64,000 nucleotides of DNA, taken from NCBI RefSeq assembly GCF_006345805.1, contig NC_042998.1:17794001-17858000 (forward strand). Direction: 5' to 3'. Positions within the stretch are counted from its first letter, which is position 1. Every line of letters starts with the position of its first letter. Under the pieces are notes generated by a model. The model did no database searches and was not told the DNA's origin. It saw only the letters and a program-made list of their open reading frames with translations. The position numbers and the translations under genes were made by a program. This DNA comes from Octopus sinensis (taxonomy: Eukaryota). Positions 56,230 to 64,000 of this stretch are shown here, in pieces.

Positions 56230-57497
56230 CGAGGGGCGTTTAATAAGTAATGCCCCTGACCCACTTCCCATAGCAGTAGAGCAACGACACTTGGCACAGT
56301 TATTAGTCTTTTCCTACGTAGGAACTACCCAGAGTTATGCATTTCTCCCATCGTTTGATACAGCTCTAGAGACCGTTTTTGTAGAAGACCCCAGCTTGGT
56401 CCTCCAACCATGATGTGACTTCAGAAATCAAGGCTGCATCATCTGGGAAACGCTTTCCTTTCAAAATCAACTTCATGGCTGGGAAGAGGTGAAAATCAGA
56501 GGGTGCAAGGGGAGGAGTTCATAGCTGCACGCCTGTGCTTCTGATCTGGCGACACGCGAGTTGTGGACCGGAGCGTTTTCCTGCAGGAGGAGGATGCCTT
56601 TGCTGATCTTGCCCCGCCTCTTGATTTTGATAGCTTCTCTTAATTTCCTCAAAAGTGAAGCATAATAGGCTCCTGTAATTTTTATACCCTTTGCCAGGAA
56701 ATCTGTCATCACTACTCCGTCCTGGTCCCAGAAGACTGTGAGCATAACCTTGTCAGCGGAGGGCTGCACCCTTGCCTTCTTTGGAGGAGGTGAGTCACGG
56801 TGCTTCTACTGCATTGACTGGGCTTTGGTCTATGGATCATAGTGATGGACCCAGGTTTTATCCTGTGTGATCAGTCTTTTGAAAAATTTTGACTCATCTT
56901 CTTGGCATATCTCCAAATTCATCCTCGAGCACTCAACGCGTTCTTGCTTCTGGAAAGGTGTGAGCAACCTGGAAATCCATCTGGCAGACACCTTTTGCAT
57001 ATGCAAATGGTCATGAATGATAGTTTCCACAGACCCGGTACTAATTTTGACCTCATCGGCTATTTGGCGAATAGTTATGCGTTGACCTTCCAAAATGGCA
57101 GCCTCAACTTGACGGACAGACGTCTCATCAACGGCAGAAGGGGGCGACCAGATCTGGGAGCTGTTTCCAGAGTTCCGACCATGTTTGAATTCACAATGCC
57201 AGCGTTTAACAAGGTCATATGATGGGGCATCATCACCATAAGTTACTTTCATTTCATCAAAAGTCTCCCGTGGTGTGCGTCCTTTCAAATACAAAAACCA
57301 GATCACTGCTCGACACTCAACAGGCTCCATTTCACACTTGACTCAGTTCAAACACCTGTAAATCAGAAACCACAATTAGTTCAGAGCTGTAATTCGCCAC
57401 TTGATCTATAGAGGTATAAATAAGTGCACATGCAACATTTCAGCTAGATCAAACAACTGCAAGTGGGTCAGGGGCATTACTTATTGAACGCTTCTCG
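56230..57497 (-). mobile_element. Full-length but inactivated mariner (Tc1/mariner, DD34D-type) DNA transposon
   Basis: TA target-site duplications at 56228-29 and 57498-99. TIRs of about 38 bp (cgaggggcgtttaataagtaatgcccctgacccactt / aagtgggtcaggggcattacttattgaacgcttctcg). Transposase pieces MEPVECRAVIWFL...WISRLL...ITQDKTWVHHYDP* and KVMLTVFWD...LLQENAPVH...LAPSDFHLF carry stop codons, a frameshift and loss of YSPD. Confidence 0.93.
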
Positions 57498-58324
57498 TAT
57501 ATAGAAGTTGTCTGTGTTTGGCAAGTTTGATAGCCTTCAACTAACACTATCTCCTCCGAGACCCTGCAGCACAAGTTGACCAAAATTGAGAGTATTATAG
57601 AAGAAGGCTTGCTCTTCATTCCATGTTAAGACCAAAACTTATTTACATCAAAAAGGTGCTTTTTTTCTATGAAAATCCCTATTTTTTAACCATTTTTTGA
57701 CAGCTGGGTCGCCATTTTCTGGTGTATTTCAACCAGAAAAATGTTCACTTAAAGTGAATAACAAGCTACATAATGCAAAATGTTTACTTTTCAAAAATTC
57801 CAATTCTAAAAGGTTGAAACAAACCCAAACAACACCGGGCGTTACTGCTAGTAAGCTATAAATGTGTTCTATTCTCTTCATATATGTATCTATCACTTGT
57901 CTGCTGGAGACAGTGTGGGGAAATTGTTGTGCTGATGACACCTATTGAGGTAGAAACATGTATCCATGACTAACCTTCAGCTTCAAGACAATAAGCAAGT
58001 CAACTTTAATAACATGTCTTTACTTCAATAGCATGTCAACCTTGAGAGTTTTACCCCTTCTGATGTAGGGCTGGTCTCCGTTATCAAAAGGTAAATGTGA
58101 GACATTCTCTAGGAGTGGAAATAATTTAACAACTCAAGAATTCAGGTTTCATGGTATTTTTTATACCTGTATATATCCATATTGTCCATATAAATGATAC
58201 TTGTCACTCTAAGTTGTTTATCTTTGCACATTTTTGTTTAATAACTACATAGCCTAAGGTGGGGGTATGTGGTTGAAAAGCTTGTATATATGTGTGTGTA
58301 CGTGGATATATATGTGTGTGTGTG

Positions 58325-58363
<39 letters not shown>

Positions 58364-58467
58364 TTTTTATCTTATATTAAACTTTTTAATACTTTTTGAT
58401 TGTTATATATATTTGATAATTTTTTTTAAAAATTAAATAAGTAAATAAAAAATAAAAATAAAAATAA

Positions 58468-58501
<34 letters not shown>

Positions 58502-58685
58502 ATTTAAAAATTTATAATATAATTAATGATTATTAATTTTTAACTTTAAATTCAAATAATTAAATTTGAATTTTTAATATATTTTGTATATCATATTAAT
58601 TAATTTTATTTCTATGTTTTGGTTTATGATTTTTGGTTTGATTTGCATAATAGTGGATTTATCTCTAATTTAGTTTATATATATA

Positions 58686-59071
58686 TACTAGCAGTATCGC
58701 CCGGCGTTGCTCAGGTTTGTAAGGGAAATAACTATAAAACATTTTTAGAGAGTTATAGCCAAAAAACAGCAAAAAGATGGAAAAAAATTATGGTAAATTT
58801 TTTTTTTAGTTAAAAAAGGTGGAGTTGCGTCCCCTAGACAGTTTGTGGTTTGTGTTTCTGATTCTCGACCCCATGTCGAATTTATCGATTTTTTTCAGAA
58901 CTGGGGGAACTTTTCAAAATTTTCGCTGCGTTAGTTTTGAATTATGACATTGGGCTATGTGTGTGTCAAGTTTCATCATAATCGGTTGAAAGCCGTGGTC
59001 AGGGTGAGGGTACAAGAAAACAGACACACAGAAACACGCACAGACAAACTGCCGTTTATATAGAGAGAGAT
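58686..59071 (+). mobile_element. Helentron-like element, subfamily with a different 3' half
   Basis: Same 5' about 110 bp as 28106, a different interior, and ends ccgtttatatagagagagat. Confidence 0.6.
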
Positions 59072-59072
59072 A

Positions 59073-60110
59073 TACAGGTATACTGCACCCTACATCGTTA
59101 AGTGGTTCCAGGAGACACAACTTAAGTCAAATTAACTAGGCTAGGCTAGGCTGAATTTACTTGTCTCTAGGCTAAACTGATAATAACCATTCCCAGTTCT
59201 GTACTTTATTTATGAGTGCATTTTCAATAATACATGATTAATAAAAAAAAACAATTTTAACCTTACAAACAAATTATTTTTATTTTTTAATACAGTTCAG
59301 TGAAAAATAAAAGTAATCTAAATTCACGAATATAATTTGGCGGTGCTTACCATGCATCACGGATGCTTTATTTATGAATGCAGTTTGCAATAAGAGATGG
59401 TAAAATAAAAGCCTTTCTTAAGCTTAAAAAACAAATTCAGTAACTATTATTATATTGCAATATAAAAAAAAACTAAATTATTTTAGACTTACCAATATGT
59501 ACATACAATTTGGTGTTTTACATCGCGGATTTAGATGGCTATGGATCATCAACATCAACAGCTGACTCTGGCTGTTCTTGTTCAATGCACTTAAAAACCC
59601 GGTTGAGAGTCCCTTGAACTGTCTTCTTTTATCCTCAAGGATTACATTATAAGGAGCAAAAGCCTTGAGACAAGCCCCATAATCTTGGAAATGCATTTAG
59701 CATTTGGATCCATATCCTCATAGAAAGACCTTTTTGATATATGCAAATGCTTGCTGCATTTTCTTAATGGTAAAGTGACGTGGCTCAGGTTTGACTTCCT
59801 CTTCTATATTTTACTGCTTGTGAAGCTCTATGAAATCCTCATTCCTCAGGAGCTACTTATCTGTTTCAAATAAATCTGTGAAATCCTCCTCCTCCAAATC
59901 CATTTCCAGTTCTTTGCTTGTAGTCACCAAAGTTTTGTTGATAGCAACATTATCAAACCGCTTAAAATCATTCATGAATTGTGGGAATAGCTTCTTCCAT
60001 ACAGCATTCAGAGCCATGCTCTATACATCATTCCATGCAGCTGATATGATCTATACATCCTTGTAGATATCATATCTCTTCTAAAAATTACATAGTGACA
60101 GACTAACAGT
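59073..60110 (-). mobile_element. Tigger/pogo-type DNA transposon remnant (transposase C-terminus)
   Basis: Minus-strand translation of about 60060-59600 gives ISAAWNDV*..LNAVWKKLFPQFMNDFKRF...ELEMDLEEEDFTDLF...LRNEDFIEL, resembling the Tigger1 transposase C-terminus. A TA|CAGGTATA end lies near 59073. Confidence 0.7.
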
Positions 60111-60119
60111 GAAGCTTGA

Positions 60120-60760
60120 AGCAGTTTGATGCCACTAAACTAAAAAGATTGAAACACTGCAGCGGATGAGCTACAGGGAGAGGCTGAGGAAACCACAGCT
60201 TTACTCCCTGGTGTGAAGGCGTTAGAGATATGCAATAATATACATATGGAAAATCCTAGAAAAGCTTGTACCTAACTTTGGCATTGAGTGTTATATGAAT
60301 GGAAGAAGTGGCCACCATTGTAATGTAGCAAAGGTACCTATTTCTTTACTAAACACAGAGAGGACAAACAAGGACAGACGTCGACCCCAGTGCATAACTG
60401 GTACTTAATTTATCGACCCCGAAAGGATGAAAGGCAAAGTCGACCTCGGCGGAATTTGAACTCAGAACGTAACAGCAGACGAAATACTGCTAAGCATTTC
60501 GCCCGGTGTGCTAACGGTTCTGGTACCATCCACTCCATCTAAATTCAGGACCAGGTACTGCAATAGTCTAGGGTTCAAATGCCTACAGCTCTTCAATACC
60601 CTGCCACAAAAATTAAGAAATTTGCATAGGAGGTGGAAATAGATGTCTTCAATAAGGAAATAGATATAGTACCCTCCACAATGCGGTGGGTGAACCAACA
60701 GCCTGACATGAGGTATAGACGGGGGCAGCGGAATCAAACTCCCTTGTACACCAAATGTAC
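60120..60760 (+). mobile_element. CR1/L2-type LINE 3' end, interrupted by a SINE at about 60335-60520
   Basis: Degenerate frames SYRERLRKPQLYSL..RR.RYAIIYIWKILEKLVPN and SLGFK..QLFNTLPQKLRN...VFNKEIDIV are typical of CR1-like LINE C-termini. Confidence 0.65.
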
Positions 60761-60882
60761 CAACAGCTAGGACGAAGACATATGCCGGAGTGTTGAAATG
60801 AAACATCCAAACTGACAAAATCAGAAAGACCATAGCGGTGCTCCAGCATGAACACAGCTGCATAGATAAATGTGCAAAAGAG

Positions 60883-60927
<45 letters not shown>

Positions 60928-61156
60928 ATCCAAACAAGAAAACACAAAAAAACACAACAACGCGAGGACGTGGAACAAATATAGTATTATTGGACGCTCA
61001 GGAAAGAAGGGAAGAAGGAGGGTTTAACGCTTCAAGCGGAGCTCTTCGTCGAAAACATAGGAGAAGGAAAGATCCCGAGAAGGGAAGACAGAGGGAAAAA
61101 AAATCGCCAACGTTACACACGAGGCTACATGTATATATATCATATCTGTGTGTATA

Positions 61157-61520
61157 TACAAGGTGTGGTGAATATATAGTCCTCTAAATTACACAAAAAT
61201 GAGAATAACGCTGATATCTCATTTTAACAGATCCATTTACCAAAATGACATGAAAATATCTTGAAATACTAAAGAGTAAATTCATTCAATAAAATCGCCA
61301 TTGGCTTAAACCACGGACTCCAGACGACTTTGGAATCTCCTGCAACTATTCTGGACGGTCTCCTTGTTGGTGAATGCTGTCATAATACTTGTCTTCAGTT
61401 CTTCTTTGGTGTTGCAAGGTGTTTTATTGGTCTCTCGCTCAACTGCACCCCACACATTATAATCAAGTGGGTTGCAGTATGGTGAGTTATGTGGCCAGAT
61501 GTGGTCACAAGAAATTGTCT
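61157..61520 (-). mobile_element. Tc1/mariner-superfamily transposase 3' fragment with one terminus
   Basis: ORF 61551-61306 has WPHNSPYCNPLDYNVWGAVERETN...CRRFQSRLESVV (the WPxxSPDxNPxD motif). TA|CAAGGTGTGGTG at 61157 is the putative TIR. Confidence 0.75.
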
Positions 61521-61848
61521 GACAGGGGCTAAACACAGAGGGAACAAACAAACGGATTGAGTCGATTATATCGACTCCAGTGCGTAACTGGTACTTAATT
61601 TATCGACCCCGAATGGATGAAAGGGAAAGTCGACCTCGGCGGAATTTGAACTCAGAACGTAACGGCAGACGAAATACGGCTACGCATTTCGCCCGGCGTG
61701 CTAACGATTCTACCAGCTCGCCGCCCTCTTGTGCCTTATAATGTAACACACACACCGGTAAATTTCCACTTATTTCTTATTTTTATTTTCCTAAAATTTT
61801 CGTTGCGTCTTGCAACCTTTTCAATAGTCACACACACACACACACACA

Positions 61849-61902
<54 letters not shown>

Positions 61903-62539
61903 CATGTATTTATGTAAGTATGTATGTATGTATGTATGTATGTATGTATGTATGTATGTATATGTATATATATATCTAAATATCTATAACTATCTATCAC
62001 ACGCACGTGAATATAAGGTTGTACGTGTGTGTGTGTTTGTAAGTGTTAGTGTGTGCGTGCCCACATGTGTGTATGTGTGTACGTGTATGTGTGTGCATGT
62101 GTGTGTGTGTATGTTTGCATGTGTGAACGTTTGCGTATGGTTACAAATCTATAATGCGAACGTCTCTTAATTTCATATTACTAAACATGTTCAATTCTTC
62201 TTTCATTCTTTTTTTTATTTTATTTTATTAATATTATTATTTTTTTGTTTTTGGTTTCTTCTATGAACTATAAATAGATTATTGAACAAATACAAAGTAC
62301 CATCTTCTCATAAATGGTAATCGTTACAGCTGAGATCAAAGGGGCCGCCATGGTGCTTTTCTTCATTACTGTTACATCCGTGCTCTTTTACCGGGAAGCA
62401 GCACGTTCCTGTTAGTAACTGAAATGGTAGGAAATAGAAACTGTAGACATCTCTGCGAAGGTCAGGAAAGAGAGAATGGAACGGCACAGCCATGAATATA
62501 CGATAATGGTACCGAAGGTGACGTTGTTGTTGTTGTTGC

Positions 62540-62574
<35 letters not shown>

Positions 62575-62756
62575 ATCATGATATTGATGTCAAATTTGAT
62601 ATTTATGCCGACGATGACGATAAAGATTATGTCGACGGTGGAGGTCACGGTGGTGGTGGTGGTGGTGGTAATCTTGACGATGTTGGTGGCGACGGCAAAA
62701 CTGCCTTTGATCTTTTGAATGAGTACTGTTCTTCATATAGTGCGGTGTGTGTGTGT

Positions 62757-62845
<89 letters not shown>

Positions 62846-63098
62846 ATACCGCATTTCAACGTGTATAAGGAACCCCTTTTTTGTGTCAAAAATTAGGTTT
62901 AAAAATATGGGAGTTTCTTATGGATAGTATTATAATCCTTTAGAAAAGCTTTTTTCCAAATTTTAAGCCCCCAAAATTAAGGGGTTCCTTATGCATGAGG
63001 GTTCTTTATACACGTATATACATATATGCATACACACACATATACAGTATAATTATACAGTATACATATATACATATATATATATATACACATATATA

Positions 63099-63139
63099 CA
63101 CCTGAAGATTGTCGATCAAGACAAGAAACGATTGTAGTG
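63099..63139 (+). ncRNA. Minimal type I hammerhead ribozyme motif
   Basis: cac-CUGAAGA-UUGUC(gaucaa)GACAA-GAAA-C(gauu)G-UA|gug. Canonical core, perfect 5-bp stem II, 3-bp stem I and near-palindromic helix III. Confidence 0.65.
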
Positions 63140-63374
63140 GCGGTTTTTTTGACTATTTATTAAAATTTTATGTTTTGATTAAGTCTTTCCTTGTTTGTTT
63201 TGCAAAATAGTGGTTTTGTCTCTAATAATATTTTATAATATTTTACTATAAAATTGGATTTAATCCTAAATCTGATTTTTTCCCTGTAAATTTTGATTTA
63301 TTCCCTAATATTTATTATTATTATATATACACATATATATACAGTATAAATACAGTATATACATACATATATGT

Positions 63375-63405
<31 letters not shown>

Positions 63406-63625
63406 TATATATGCATACATATATAGGGAGAGTTTACGAAAAAAACAAAAGACGAAGACTAGTGGTGTACAAAACAAACAGATGTATAAGTATAACGCTC
63501 AGGAATGGAAAAAGTCTTTTACGTTTCGAGCCTACGCTCTTCTACAGAAACGGACACAGAAAAAAAACCAGGAAAGAAACAAGGAGAGAAAAAGTGTGTA
63601 GTGGCTAACGACCAATCATGGCGAC

Positions 63626-63673
<48 letters not shown>

Positions 63674-64000
63674 TATATATATATATATATATACGCACAC
63701 CCCACATACATTATTACACGTATACGTAGAAGTATACATACATGGAAACATACATACATACATGCATGCATGCATATATGTACGTACATGTGTATATACG
63801 TATGTATATGTATGTTTTATATATGCATTCTCATGCATATAGTTGCATATCTAGACAAGCGCATTGCAAGTCAAATGTGTGAGTGGAACAGTAAACATCT
63901 GCAAGACATTTCTCAAGTTACAAAGTGTATTTGTCTGTGTTAACAACATCCTAAAGATGTAGCCTTGCATTTTTATTGGAAACCGGCTCCTTCCTGGGTG

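Noticed and set aside
62290-62720. Exon-like segment and poly-Asp/His/Met ORFs
   Set aside because: Driven by (GAT)n and (GGT)n repeats. The adjacent segment has an acceptor-like site, but no frame resembles the missing IVGG/AAHC protease exon.

Overview
Eukaryotic, very AT- and microsatellite-rich DNA. The SINE and other repeat families look like those of a coleoid cephalopod, most likely Octopus (recognised from memory, not by search). There are no bacterial-type systems and no CRISPR. One protein-coding gene is well supported. It is a minus-strand chymotrypsin-family (S1A) serine protease with four spliced exons (50489-50387, 43488-43317, 34375-34239, 33244-33080), which join in frame and keep the catalytic Asp (NDIAL) and Ser (GDSGGP) motifs. 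The exon(s) for the signal peptide, IVGG and His57 were not found and probably lie beyond position 64000. The rest is transposon debris: several tRNA-type SINE families, a (GAT)n-tailed RTE-like family, Helentron-like and Tc2/pogo-like non-autonomous elements, a full-length dead mariner, a Tigger remnant, CR1/L2 and RTE LINE tails, and Penelope-like elements (PLEs) with a GIY-YIG endonuclease. The most notable unexplained structure is a set of about 12 type I hammerhead-ribozyme (HHR)-like motifs. They sit in several unrelated short repeat families that are embedded in (TA)n tracts and often form foldbacks. Three have a fully canonical core and a palindromic helix III, and most lie on the sense strand of the protease transcript. 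Also present are a 177-178 bp MITE-derived tandem array with dimeric higher-order structure, an inverted triplication and a tandem duplication that may be assembly artefacts, and a 100-N gap. Repeat boundaries are approximate and were read by eye.
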